From a virus (Duplodnaviria; Caudoviricetes): DNA of 64,000 nt. Below the pieces are notes generated by a model. The model did not search any database. It saw only the letters and a program-made list of their open reading frames with translations, and was not told where the DNA came from. A program made the position numbers and the translations under genes. This document shows, piece after piece, positions 28,406 to 38,077 of the stretch (position 1 is the first letter of the stretch; each line of letters opens with the position of its first letter). The stretch spans positions 1 to 64,000 of IMG/VR virus record IMGVR_UViG_3300046662_000041; one strand, 5' to 3'.

Positions 28406-29226
28406 GCTGCCCTCAATCCTGCCTCAGTGAACAACGGATAGTATCCAATGTTTGCTCGAAGATATTCCGGGAGCCGCAGATCATCCGTCGGCCGAAACTC
28501 GCGACGTCCTTCACCTGATCTATGATATAGGTCGCGGCCAGACAATACGTCATCGATCAAGGACTCGCGGCCGCGGCAGACAGCAAGTTTAATCGTATCC
28601 TCGCAAGCATGCGCAAAGCTGCGAATCTTATTCTCAATTCGATCGATGCCCCCAAAGTAGCTGAAGTGCCAACCACCATCGGGAATTGCTGAAACATTGT
28701 CACGCTGATTTCTGATAGCTTGCGGTCCACCTGCATTTCGAATCTCTCGCACAGTTCCCACAACCGTACCGTGCCAGATGCCAAGATAATTATTCACGTC
28801 ATAGTAGAAAAAATCTTGCGACAAAGAATGCAGACCAATACCCAGCCGCTGCAGATTACCAGCAATTGTTGAGGCGCGAGGAATCTCATCACAATCAGAG
28901 ATCAGCAAGATATCATTATCATTCGCAAGTTCATTAGCGTCAATGTAACGTAGAATCGAATCGCGATGGAAATTCTCTCGTGGCCAACTGCAGTTTGCAC
29001 CAGTATGTTGTGGCTCAAGATTTGCAAGTCCACGATAGAAAATCTTATCTTTGAATCTTTCAAAACGGCCTAAATTCTTGAGCAAAATTGGTTCATGTCG
29101 CCCCGGAGCACCGTGCGGCTCAAGACTTTCGATAATGATAAAGCGATCTACGACCGAGGCGAGCTCATGCAACCGGATCTCAAGGAGATCAAGTTCATTG
29201 AAGAATAAAATTGCATCAATGATCAT
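28393..29226 (-). CDS. GT17 (MGAT3-like) GlcNAc transferase
   Basis: FFNELDLLEIRLHEL...VVDRFIIIES, SDCDEIP, GGWHFSY. Confidence 0.88.
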   Translation of the reverse strand: MIIDAILFFNELDLLEIRLHELASVVDRFIIIESLEPHGAPGRHEPILLKNLGRFERFKDKIFYRGLANLEPQHTGANCSWPRENFHRDSILRYIDANELANDNDILLISDCDEIPRASTIAGNLQRLGIGLHSLSQDFFYYDVNNYLGIWHGTVVGTVREIRNAGGPQAIRNQRDNVSAIPDGGWHFSYFGGIDRIENKIRSFAHACEDTIKLAVCRGRESLIDDVLSGRDLYHRSGEGRREFRPTDDLRLPEYLRANIGYYPLFTEAGLRAACKI

Positions 29227-29759
29227 TATGCATACCAGATTGCGCCAGTGCCAACCTTGTGGCCTGGAACGAACTCATTTATCGCTTGAGCTACACCATC
29301 CCACTGTCGATCGTGGCCGCAGAGTAATCCGCCAGGAGCCAGCCGGAGCTTCCATGCAACAATGTCGGCAACCACTGAAGCATAATCGTGTGACGCATCG
29401 AGGAAGATCATATCGAAGTAGCCGCGCAATTGCTTGGCCGCTTCGATTGAAGGCAATTTGACGACGATCACGTTATTGAGATCGATCAGATTTTTGATGA
29501 ATATTTTGTAGAGCCAGTCTTCCTCGTGATCAGCAAGCTCGCGCGCCATTTCTACCTCGCCGACGCTACCGGCAAAGGTGTCAATGCAGTAAACTGTGCC
29601 GGCTGTATTGTCGGCCATTGCACGTGCTGTACAGCCTTTGTACGATCCCACCTCGACGATCGCGTGACGCTGGCTTGCTTGTGCTGCAAGCCAGGTGAGC
29701 TCATCCCGTCTTTCTTGACAATCATAATCCGAGATTGCCATTGCTTTATCGATATTCAT
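29226..29759 (-). CDS. class I SAM methyltransferase (Methyltransf_24-like)
   Basis: VEVGSYKGCT, CIDTF, FLDASHDY, PGGLLCGHD. Confidence 0.88.
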   Translation of the reverse strand: MNIDKAMAISDYDCQERRDELTWLAAQASQRHAIVEVGSYKGCTARAMADNTAGTVYCIDTFAGSVGEVEMARELADHEEDWLYKIFIKNLIDLNNVIVVKLPSIEAAKQLRGYFDMIFLDASHDYASVVADIVAWKLRLAPGGLLCGHDRQWDGVAQAINEFVPGHKVGTGAIWYA

Positions 29760-29761
29760 GG

Positions 29762-30331
29762 CTACTCCTCAAACGCTGGAATGTTGTAGAGTCCCGAGCG
29801 ATGCATAATGATCTCACCGGTGCGGTACTCAATGTGCCAGTAATTATCGCCGCCAAAGTCAACGTCGCTAACCTGGCCAAGAAACTGATCAAGGCCCATC
29901 ATGTCGTCCACAACGATTAACGCATCCGGCCGAAGCGTGGTGATCACTCGAATCTCATCAGGAAGCGGATTACCATCATCAGCCGTATGTGGGCCGCTCG
30001 AATGTGCGTCGAGCCAGAAAATGACTGGCCCAGCATGTACATCTTGGCCAAGAATCGCGTGCAGCGCGTGGCGACTTGTCCCATAATAGCAGTGAATATG
30101 CTTGAAAGGCTGAAGATATTTGAACGATCGCTCAAACAGGCCAGCATGAAGTTCGACCGTGTAGATCGCATCAAAGTCTTTGCGCAAATTGTAAGGTGTG
30201 ACACCTTCACACGTGCCTGTCTCGACCAGCGTCTTTATGCCAGTGGTCTGCCCAAGCCAACGAAGGAGATCGATTTTCCACTGACCCGAGACTGGATCCG
30301 GCCACTGCTTAAAGTTTGGGGCACCTTTCAT
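29762..30331 (-). CDS. SAM-methyltransferase-like protein
   Basis: VETGT, FWLDAHSSG, IVVDD. Confidence 0.65.
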   Translation of the reverse strand: MKGAPNFKQWPDPVSGQWKIDLLRWLGQTTGIKTLVETGTCEGVTPYNLRKDFDAIYTVELHAGLFERSFKYLQPFKHIHCYYGTSRHALHAILGQDVHAGPVIFWLDAHSSGPHTADDGNPLPDEIRVITTLRPDALIVVDDMMGLDQFLGQVSDVDFGGDNYWHIEYRTGEIIMHRSGLYNIPAFEE

Positions 30332-31341
30332 TTTCCCTCCATCACAAGGTCAACTGCTTTGAAAACGGCAGTGAGACGGTTAACATAGGTATGCTTGGCT
30401 GCGACATAGTCCATGAGACCGTGAAGTTCGTCAAGCGACGTTGTCCGTAGCCGCTCACGCGCGATGTTAAATAAAAGGTAAGGATCTGGATTACAAATTA
30501 ACCTGCCGCCGAAGAGCCGATTAACTTTCTCTGAATTCGTCACACCAAACTGACCGTAGCTAATGTTTTTGAAAATTCGGCACGGTGCATATCCTTCTGT
30601 TAAGTGGTGCGAGCCAACTATTGCGGGTGCGAAGTACGATTCGCGCACCAAGCGAATGTTCTCTTCAGGACTAACGACCTTCTGATGACCGAGCCAGGTG
30701 TATCGATCGTCAACCTGGCCGGCACCAAGGTGCCGAAGCTCGACTCCATTGTGGGCACACGCAGTCCCAAAACGGTTGATCTCAACTTCATTAACTCGCC
30801 AATAAGTGCCCACATAGTTAATCACCCGGCTTTCCAGATTCAGTGGGCGAGCCCCAGCTTTCATCTGCTCAATCTCTGGCGGCGTAAGATCAGTCGCCCA
30901 CCGAAAATCCATGTGGTTCCAAGCTGGGAAATAAGGTGCATCTTCTCCGACCCAAATAGCTTCTGGTCGATTGATCGGACGGCGCCCGAATGGCTGAGAA
31001 TCATCATAAGCATATGTCCAGTCGATAAAGACATTCCAGCTCATGTGCCCTCGAAGGCCCCAAAATTTATCACGCACAGGTGCATAATCTGATCCACCGT
31101 GGACCATATAGAAGCAATCCTGCCGTGCAGGCAGTTGCGGCGCCACGTCGTGATTGGTAATGAAGAAGGTATTCGGCCGATCGACGTCAACGCCGGATCC
31201 GGCATCGAGCCAGGTGACATCTTTATCCGGAAACATGTACTTCAGCCCACGGAAGAGGCCGTCGTGAATATGACTGTGGGTGTGATAAGAGTTTTTGAAG
31301 CCCCACACAACATAGTGATCGAAATTCATAAGCGAATCCAC
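30328..31341 (-). CDS. putative GT-B fold glycosyltransferase
   Basis: HTHSHIH, WATDL.P.EI, PCRIFKNISYG, HTYVNR. Confidence 0.6.
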   Translation of the reverse strand: MDSLMNFDHYVVWGFKNSYHTHSHIHDGLFRGLKYMFPDKDVTWLDAGSGVDVDRPNTFFITNHDVAPQLPARQDCFYMVHGGSDYAPVRDKFWGLRGHMSWNVFIDWTYAYDDSQPFGRRPINRPEAIWVGEDAPYFPAWNHMDFRWATDLTPPEIEQMKAGARPLNLESRVINYVGTYWRVNEVEINRFGTACAHNGVELRHLGAGQVDDRYTWLGHQKVVSPEENIRLVRESYFAPAIVGSHHLTEGYAPCRIFKNISYGQFGVTNSEKVNRLFGGRLICNPDPYLLFNIARERLRTTSLDELHGLMDYVAAKHTYVNRLTAVFKAVDLVMEGK

Positions 31342-32159
31342 CTATCAGGTATGATGTCATGTGAATCTTCTTGAGCTTTCTGGTCCAAAAACCAACGCTT
31401 CGGCGCGATCACGATCCCATCAGCATCTGCATGACCTAGCCACGCGCCCCACCAACTATACGAGCTATTTGCCATGATCGCATGCTGGCAGGCACTCATC
31501 AAGTGGAGCTCCAAGTCCTCGCGGCCGAGATGGCCCTTCACAGTCCGATCAAAGTTGCCGGCCACGACTGTGCGATGCTTGAGCTTGAAGTTCTCCTCAC
31601 ACCACCCTGGCTCATCCGAGAAGACGAAGAAGCAAGGATCCTCAACCTGACGTGCGATCAAATCCGCGGCCGCATTGTAGTAATCCATTCCAAGTGTGCC
31701 GTGGAAGGAATTGTTCACGTAATCAGTGCGGCGAACCGTGAGAAACACACTCTTGCGCCCTTCACTTTGAATGTGGCTCAAAGTCGAAGCAGCATGCGGT
31801 GTCAAGTCGCCTGCCGGCCTAAATTTTGCTTTGAATTCTTCCTTGAGCTCCATGAAGTACTTCTCGGTCTGCCAATAACCAACCATCGAAACAGGTACGC
31901 CAGCAGGAGCATTCAATTGCTCGGGTCTGTAGGGTAGACCCTCCTCACGAATAATGTGGCCATTCAAAAGATTATAAGGCAGATCCTTTGTCCCTGTGAA
32001 GAGATCCAGCGAGAACATCCTAAATTCGTTTGGTGATTCAAACCGTGAGCGATCAAGCATCAAAATACTATCACGCTTCCTGGCCAGCGCGAGGCCTGCC
32101 GCGTACTGAAACATCTGATTCGCGCAGCCACCCATCAAATAAGTCGTGACAGCACTCAT
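31326..32159 (-). CDS. GT11 alpha-1,2-fucosyltransferase-like
   Basis: GGCANQMFQYA, GYWQTEKYF, VRRTDY, FSDEP.W, NSSYSWWGAWL. Confidence 0.92.
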   Translation of the reverse strand: MSAVTTYLMGGCANQMFQYAAGLALARKRDSILMLDRSRFESPNEFRMFSLDLFTGTKDLPYNLLNGHIIREEGLPYRPEQLNAPAGVPVSMVGYWQTEKYFMELKEEFKAKFRPAGDLTPHAASTLSHIQSEGRKSVFLTVRRTDYVNNSFHGTLGMDYYNAAADLIARQVEDPCFFVFSDEPGWCEENFKLKHRTVVAGNFDRTVKGHLGREDLELHLMSACQHAIMANSSYSWWGAWLGHADADGIVIAPKRWFLDQKAQEDSHDIIPDRWIRL

Positions 32160-32488
32160 TTGATTTGCCTCTCAGCCTTGCGGGCCTTCTTCATTATTTC
32201 CTTGACGATAAAAGGCTGCATCTTCGGCCATTCTTCAGTGCGGCTTAATCCACGTCTGACATAGAACTCGAAGCATATTGCACGATGCCATCGAGTGTAA
32301 ATCCACACGTTCCAGCCAATAGATGGTGCATAGCAATCTGTGCAGACTGGAATAATAGAAAACACTTTCCACCATACCCATGTCACGGGTCCGTGCGTAT
32401 GATTTTTGAATATGATGGTCGGAAAGTATAAATTGACGGTTTCAATGTTACGCGCCCAGGCAGGCCACAAGGAAATGCTTCGAATCAT
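32156..32488 (-). CDS. Trp-rich hypothetical protein
   Basis: ATGA-coupled at both ends within the cassette. Confidence 0.5.
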   Translation of the reverse strand: MIRSISLWPAWARNIETVNLYFPTIIFKNHTHGPVTWVWWKVFSIIPVCTDCYAPSIGWNVWIYTRWHRAICFEFYVRRGLSRTEEWPKMQPFIVKEIMKKARKAERQIK

Positions 32489-33207
32489 TGATTGATCCCC
32501 TTGACATTGTAATTGTACCGTGCGTGCATCCATCGCGGGTCGAACTGGCGCCGCATGCCTTGCGCGCAGTAGTGGCTGGTAATCCAAGTTGCCCACGGCG
32601 CATTGTCGTCTACAAGACCGTACTCCGGATTATGCCAAGCCTTTAATTCGCCACGCTGAAAATATGGTCCGAGCACCTGGCCAATGACACGATCCTCTGC
32701 CCAATCACCAGTATCGTGCGCATTAACAATTAACTGGGCCGCTCGACGAGAAAGCCAATAGCCATTGCCGCCGGAAATCCATGCCCAATACCGTGCATAT
32801 TGATTTCCGTAATGAGGATGTCGCGGATGCCAAGGACCTGGATCGCCAACCGTCGCATCAGGTTGGCCTATTGGACCATTAAAGAACCCAACAAGGTCAT
32901 ACGCTTCAAAACCTGACTTCAGCAGCCGATCAGGGCGGACATAGGTGTCTGTATCGCATAAGAAGATGAAGTCGTAATCGGTTTCCAGAAACCAACACAG
33001 GATCGCCCGGGTCTTATGCGGCAATGCCATGTAATCGTCGGGGCAATTGATCCGTACCTCATCCGGTTGGAGATTGACCGTCCCTTGGCCGACGAAGAAA
33101 CGGACGTCTGCCCCTTCAACGTCCTTGACCCATGTATCCCGTAGCGCCTGGTGGAAGCCGTTGAGAGCGTCTCGCTCACAGCCCTTGATTGCAAGCAGAA
33201 GCTTCAT
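32485..33207 (-). CDS. GT31-like glycosyltransferase
   Basis: ALRDTW, DDYMALPHKT, CDTDTY, SGGNGYWLS, WAED. Confidence 0.82.
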   Translation of the reverse strand: MKLLLAIKGCERDALNGFHQALRDTWVKDVEGADVRFFVGQGTVNLQPDEVRINCPDDYMALPHKTRAILCWFLETDYDFIFLCDTDTYVRPDRLLKSGFEAYDLVGFFNGPIGQPDATVGDPGPWHPRHPHYGNQYARYWAWISGGNGYWLSRRAAQLIVNAHDTGDWAEDRVIGQVLGPYFQRGELKAWHNPEYGLVDDNAPWATWITSHYCAQGMRRQFDPRWMHARYNYNVKGINQ

Positions 33208-33995
33208 GCTTTTTCAACTCCGCCTCCGAACATCACGTACTCCCGTATCCCGCGTTTCACGAAGCAGGGCCGCTCCGGCCGCCTTGCACGGCCACGGAAC
33301 CCTGCATACCGTGGATCAGTCTTCTTATAAAGCTGCTCACGTATGTTGACATCCGTGACATATACAACCTTATGGCCGGCCCGTTTCACGTCCACAAAGA
33401 ATGCACCGTGCTCACCGCCGCCGATCTTGACATCGTTATCCCAAGTGATTTTATCGGGGCCAGGACCTAAAATACTTTTGCGGATCAATGAATAGTTGAC
33501 CGTAAGATCACACAGATGATACTCGACACCCGCAACAAAGCGGGGCGCATTGAAGCGAATATACTGCTCGATGATCCTGCCACCTTGATCGATCAACCAG
33601 CCCTCGTAGCGATAGCCATTGACGCGGCCGCTTGCGATTGCAATCTCTGGATCATTATCCAAGACTGTGACCAATCGCTCGATGCCACGTCGTGCAGGAC
33701 CGAAATCGAAATCGTCCGAGCCGATCAAAAGGTATGGCCGCTCACAGACGGCGGCGCCTTTGTTTGATTTGTAGCCGAAGCCCGAATCAAAGGCGCATTG
33801 AATAACGATGTGCCCTTGTTGTTTCAGCATCGTGTACGCCTGTAGCTTGGTAGCCGTCATATCGCCATCATCAACGATGATCATCTGGAGCTCAGGATAC
33901 TGATCAACAATAACACGGACTGTCTCAGCAAGATATTCATCTCGCAAGAAAGTCTTGATCAGTACAGCCACTTGCTCCAAATCAGGCTTGTACAT
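33204..33995 (-). CDS. GT2-fold glycosyltransferase (B4GALNT/GT12-like motifs)
   Basis: IKTFLR, IVDDG, SDDFDF, CDLTVNY, EHGAFF. Confidence 0.8.
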   Translation of the reverse strand: MYKPDLEQVAVLIKTFLRDEYLAETVRVIVDQYPELQMIIVDDGDMTATKLQAYTMLKQQGHIVIQCAFDSGFGYKSNKGAAVCERPYLLIGSDDFDFGPARRGIERLVTVLDNDPEIAIASGRVNGYRYEGWLIDQGGRIIEQYIRFNAPRFVAGVEYHLCDLTVNYSLIRKSILGPGPDKITWDNDVKIGGGEHGAFFVDVKRAGHKVVYVTDVNIREQLYKKTDPRYAGFRGRARRPERPCFVKRGIREYVMFGGGVEKA

Positions 33996-34740
33996 GTTGC
34001 TTGCTCCGGTCCGGATGATCCGTTGGTGGATGCATTAACTCACTCTCTGAAACTTCGACGCGGCGTACGCCCATCACAGGAATCCTCACGTCAGGCAATC
34101 GTGGAAGGACTATCTCACTGTGCAGACGATGCATCTCCCGCATTTGCAGTGGTGTAAACTCACAAAAGGCTGCCGCGTGGCGTGCACTGGTACGTATAAT
34201 GGTATAAGGGTCAAGTGGCGGACAGAGTGGAGCCAATATATTTCCAATCTGCGTGCCTAGGATACCTTCATTGGCTAATACATTCCCAACCCAACGATCC
34301 TCTGCCCAATCACCATTAAGTCTTGCATCTCCTACAATTTTTGCAGCAAGATGATTAAGTCGATAGCAAAAGCCACTAGCATATTCAGCGGCATACCCGC
34401 CGGATGGTGAACGGAAGCGCCCCACGTATGCATAGCGTTCCTGTAGGCTTCCATTAGGGACCTTCAATAAAAGTGAAGGCACAACGTAGATATCATCATC
34501 AACCTTCCAGATATGGTCATAGCTTTCTTGAGCTGCCCACGCAAAAAGCTTCTTAACCTTCTCAGGCAACCCGCTATAATCATCTGGTGCATCGAGTAGC
34601 ACTTCATCATCTGCGATACTTGTTCCGGCATGAAAGAAACGCACATCTGCACCGTGCACCATCTTTTTCCAGGTGTCACGCACGGCATTCCTGCGCTCGA
34701 CATTGGCAGCGCATGAGAGGACCGCAAAAAGCACTCTCAT
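33982..34740 (-). CDS. GT31-like glycosyltransferase
   Basis: RRNAVRDTW, DDYSGLPEKV, KVDDDIY, ASGFCY, WAEDRWVG. Confidence 0.85.
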   Translation of the reverse strand: MRVLFAVLSCAANVERRNAVRDTWKKMVHGADVRFFHAGTSIADDEVLLDAPDDYSGLPEKVKKLFAWAAQESYDHIWKVDDDIYVVPSLLLKVPNGSLQERYAYVGRFRSPSGGYAAEYASGFCYRLNHLAAKIVGDARLNGDWAEDRWVGNVLANEGILGTQIGNILAPLCPPLDPYTIIRTSARHAAAFCEFTPLQMREMHRLHSEIVLPRLPDVRIPVMGVRRVEVSESELMHPPTDHPDRSKQHVQA

Positions 34741-35423
34741 CGTGGCTCCAGAATCACCCGCGGCTTACGATGGGTGCGAATATATGTTGGATAGTAGCGA
34801 TCCATTGCTGTCTGCATTGGGACAAACATTTTCACGTCAAGCTCGCCGAAGACTGCCATCCAACCCATACGTGAATCGGAAAGCCAAATCTTGACAGGAT
34901 CCGGAATGCCACCCAAAAGAGCACGATAATGATAATGATCATGCATCGGCCGAATGCCAGCACTGTAAAGTGTTGTGCCGGTCCAGCGATCTTCATTGGT
35001 GTCTGCTGTTAGTGGTGCATTCGCGATTGTAATCATTGCCTTGCGACTTAGCCAATACGCATACCCACTACAATATGGAATTTCTTGGCTGGGACGGACG
35101 TTGCCAACGTAGTCGTGAGGAGCAACAGGAACTTGAAGCAAGCGATCAACATTTACCCAGCAATCGTCATCTACCTTGAATAAATAATCAAAATCATGTT
35201 CGAATGCCCAGCGGCAGATTGCTTGGACCTTGGCAGGCAACGAAAGATAGTTGTCGGCCACATCGAGCTGGATCCCCGATGCAGGCATTGGATAATGCCC
35301 AACAAAGTGATGAATCTCAACACCAGATGGCCATGTACCGCGTGCCCACGTAGCCCGCTGGGCATCAGCGCGTTTTACATAAATTGGGTCATTACAAGTG
35401 GCAATAGCGATAAGCGTTTTCAT
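34737..35423 (-). CDS. GT31-like glycosyltransferase
   Basis: QRATW, DNYLSLPAKV, KVDDDCW, CSGYAYWLS, EDRWTG. Confidence 0.85.
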   Translation of the reverse strand: MKTLIAIATCNDPIYVKRADAQRATWARGTWPSGVEIHHFVGHYPMPASGIQLDVADNYLSLPAKVQAICRWAFEHDFDYLFKVDDDCWVNVDRLLQVPVAPHDYVGNVRPSQEIPYCSGYAYWLSRKAMITIANAPLTADTNEDRWTGTTLYSAGIRPMHDHYHYRALLGGIPDPVKIWLSDSRMGWMAVFGELDVKMFVPMQTAMDRYYPTYIRTHRKPRVILEPR

Positions 35424-36247
35424 TCAACGCCACCGAAAACTTCATCGAATGATGAGGACGAAGTGGCACCTGGGGAAGTCCCGCCACCTTGCTGGTTGGT
35501 TGTAGCCTCTTTTCCGTCCTCACCACTGATATCATAAAGATGTGACAAGCTCTGTTGCCAGGTACCGTGAAGCCTTGCCAATACCTGCCGCACATGCGGT
35601 GATTTCAAGCCGAGCTCTTCTGCAACCGTGACGCTATCCCAGCCGAGCCGATAATATAAGTACACGACTGCAATGAGAACCTCGGCGTGGCCTTTCTCGG
35701 TCAGCACAAGATCCGTATCCAGATTCTGAATCTGTATCTCGAGATTCCGCAGCTTCTTGTGCGTCAGATAATCACGAGCAATTTCTGCTGTGACAGGAAG
35801 CTGACCATTGATTTCCTTCAAAGAGATAAAGAGCTGAATAATTTGATCATCATCCATCTCTATGAGATTGCTGTGACTAATTACGTAGTGCTCGTCGATC
35901 CAGCAGTTAAGGAGCTCCCGTTTGCGGGGTGCATAATTGATTGCTGCTTGACGAGCAACCGCAAGACGCTCGATTAACGTGAGGCCGGCCGGAGGATGGC
36001 AGTAGAATCTTTCTTCGAGGTGCGTGACCAGCAGGACCCTAAGAAGCTCGTTAGAAACTGCCCATTTAGGAGTCGAGAGCCGTCTTTCCTGCGTCCGGAC
36101 ACGCCTGACAGTATGCATCCGTGCGTAGTCCGCAAAACTGATCCCACTTTCAGCAGACACTGCACGCGTCCCACGGCCGGCATACTTAACACCCGGCTGA
36201 GGCGTAGCAAACGCGTAGCGATCGAAACTAGGTGACGCCCAATTCAT
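35420..36247 (-). CDS. putative transcription regulator with C-terminal sigma-region-4-like HTH
   Basis: VVYLYYRLGWDSVTVAEELGLKSPHVRQVLARL; ATGA-coupled start at 36247. Confidence 0.6.
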   Translation of the reverse strand: MNWASPSFDRYAFATPQPGVKYAGRGTRAVSAESGISFADYARMHTVRRVRTQERRLSTPKWAVSNELLRVLLVTHLEERFYCHPPAGLTLIERLAVARQAAINYAPRKRELLNCWIDEHYVISHSNLIEMDDDQIIQLFISLKEINGQLPVTAEIARDYLTHKKLRNLEIQIQNLDTDLVLTEKGHAEVLIAVVYLYYRLGWDSVTVAEELGLKSPHVRQVLARLHGTWQQSLSHLYDISGEDGKEATTNQQGGGTSPGATSSSSFDEVFGGVE

Positions 36248-36636
36248 TCTTTGGATGACCGTGGTGCAGCGTATTCGGCGCCACAATCAGCGCAACGCCA
36301 GATTCGCTTCTTGTCTGTGCTGTAGTGAATCCCACTGCCACAGTCAGGACAAATGCCTGGCTGTGTATTGTTGGCCCTTAGATTTTGAGGAGCTTGAATC
36401 TCATATTCTTTGCCACAGTGGCGGCAAGTCCCGTTGCCTGACACCGTGAGGATCGTCCCACACTCGGGACACTTCGGAAGTTTGCCAGTCTCAGTTAAAG
36501 CCAGCGCTCCGCGGCGATTGAACTGTGGCTTTTGACCACTGGAAACTGCACCAAGCTGAGGATTACAGATACCGCAGTAAATACCTGTGCCTTCAGGATC
36601 GTAAACGCTATGTGGACATTTTCTTATTTGGTCCAT
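36244..36636 (-). CDS. multi-zinc-ribbon protein
   Basis: Several CxxC/CxH pairs. Confidence 0.7.
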   Translation of the reverse strand: MDQIRKCPHSVYDPEGTGIYCGICNPQLGAVSSGQKPQFNRRGALALTETGKLPKCPECGTILTVSGNGTCRHCGKEYEIQAPQNLRANNTQPGICPDCGSGIHYSTDKKRIWRCADCGAEYAAPRSSKE

Positions 36637-36998
36637 TGTGGTGACCTGTCATGCTTCCCGCCAATTCCTGTATGACACTGCCTGCATAACGTCTGGCAAT
36701 TCGCGACACTGATCTCTCCACTTCTATATTCACCCCTGCTTACTTCAACACAAGTGCCACGAGCAACTCGCTCATCCATCTCCAACTCATCCCAAATACC
36801 GACCTTGCCACACACAACGCATCGAAATTCATCGCGCTTAAATACCTGCGTCCTGATCCAGTGCTTCGCCCACTTCTCATCAATTTGAACGAGGACGCTA
36901 TCATCCGCGAGATCTGCTTGGCAGGCTACCTTATAATTTCTGAAGATCCGGATCGGCAGGCCTTCAAGGTTGTTGAGCTCCACCCATGCTTGTGCCAT
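36624..36998 (-). CDS. HNH-like protein (catalytic His absent)
   Basis: RDEFRCVVCG...EMDERV...NCQTLCRQCH. Confidence 0.65.
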   Translation of the reverse strand: MAQAWVELNNLEGLPIRIFRNYKVACQADLADDSVLVQIDEKWAKHWIRTQVFKRDEFRCVVCGKVGIWDELEMDERVARGTCVEVSRGEYRSGEISVANCQTLCRQCHTGIGGKHDRSPQWTK

Positions 36999-37368
36999 TG
37001 ATAATCTCTCTTAATAGCTCGACGTTGCGCGGATATCTGAAACCCAGCCACTCAAGCGCGCCCTTGAAGACATTGCATTTTGTACAGCAAGGCACCACGT
37101 TCTCGAATGCATAGCTTTTAAGATTGTCTATGCGGTCAAGACCAATACCCGCTTCGGGTAATTTCCCTCCGCAGTATTCACATTGTTGCCTGCTGATTAA
37201 GGCTGCGTATTGCCCCGGAGTAAGAGACCATTCGATACCGCGCTGCTTCGCGCGCGACCTTCCAGAATTGAATCTGCCCTTAACAGTTCGTCTGTTTACT
37301 CTATTTGATTCAGAATACATCGCTTTATGCCCCAAGCGATAGTTCCGTTGATAAGTTTTACGATCCAT
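36964..37368 (-). CDS. HNH-type homing endonuclease
   Basis: AKQRGIEWSL, CEYCG, GLDRIDN..SY..ENVVPCC.KCN. Confidence 0.8.
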   Translation of the reverse strand: MDRKTYQRNYRLGHKAMYSESNRVNRRTVKGRFNSGRSRAKQRGIEWSLTPGQYAALISRQQCEYCGGKLPEAGIGLDRIDNLKSYAFENVVPCCTKCNVFKGALEWLGFRYPRNVELLREIINGTSMGGAQQP

Positions 37369-38077
37369 AGACGTCTGAGCGATAAGTGCCGGAGAATTCT
37401 TGTGCAAAAGCCAGGAAGATTGATTTCCGCTTCAGCCAGTCCGGCATCTCTTTTGGAAGCCCCAGCTTCCTCATTGCAATCTCCACACCTTCAACAAAAG
37501 TCTTTCGCTCGTCTGTAGTCAGAAATGCCCCGCCAAAGTCAAACCAAGCTCCCTTCGGCAACTCTCCGGGCACAAAATTGTATGTCTGGTGAGCAAGGGC
37601 ACGAATCTCGGTCACACCAATCTTCTCGTCTAGCGCCGCGGAAATCAGTTCTGCTGTGACTGGCTTGCCTGCTCGCTTCGCGGCAGCGGCAATTTCGTGT
37701 GCCTTCGTGATGCCCATCCGATCAAGCTCATCTTCAGTGAGATTTCCTTGACCGAAGATTTTCAGAAGCCGCTCGGCGACCCCAACATAAGAATAGAGCT
37801 GCTTCGAGCTGCGACCAAACTTCTCCTGAATCGAAATCAGATAACTGTTGAAACTGGTAAACCGGAGCTCGCGCCACACCTGATGGTGCTTGCAAGTAGC
37901 CAGAAGGGAGGCCAAGCGCGCGTAGCCTCGAGAAAGTTTATACTCTCCCTCAAGGACCGCAGCGACCTCCGCGTCAATGGCCGCATGCAGGACGACGGCA
38001 GATGCAGAAATCTCAACCGTAAGTGTATCAGGAGCCAAATGCTTATGCTGCTTTCTTCTCTTCGGCCTTCGCAGCAT
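37358..38077 (-). CDS. hypothetical DNA-binding-like protein
   Basis: WRELRFTSFNSYL...GITKA helical pattern. Confidence 0.55.
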   Translation of the reverse strand: MLRRPKRRKQHKHLAPDTLTVEISASAVVLHAAIDAEVAAVLEGEYKLSRGYARLASLLATCKHHQVWRELRFTSFNSYLISIQEKFGRSSKQLYSYVGVAERLLKIFGQGNLTEDELDRMGITKAHEIAAAAKRAGKPVTAELISAALDEKIGVTEIRALAHQTYNFVPGELPKGAWFDFGGAFLTTDERKTFVEGVEIAMRKLGLPKEMPDWLKRKSIFLAFAQEFSGTYRSDVYGS

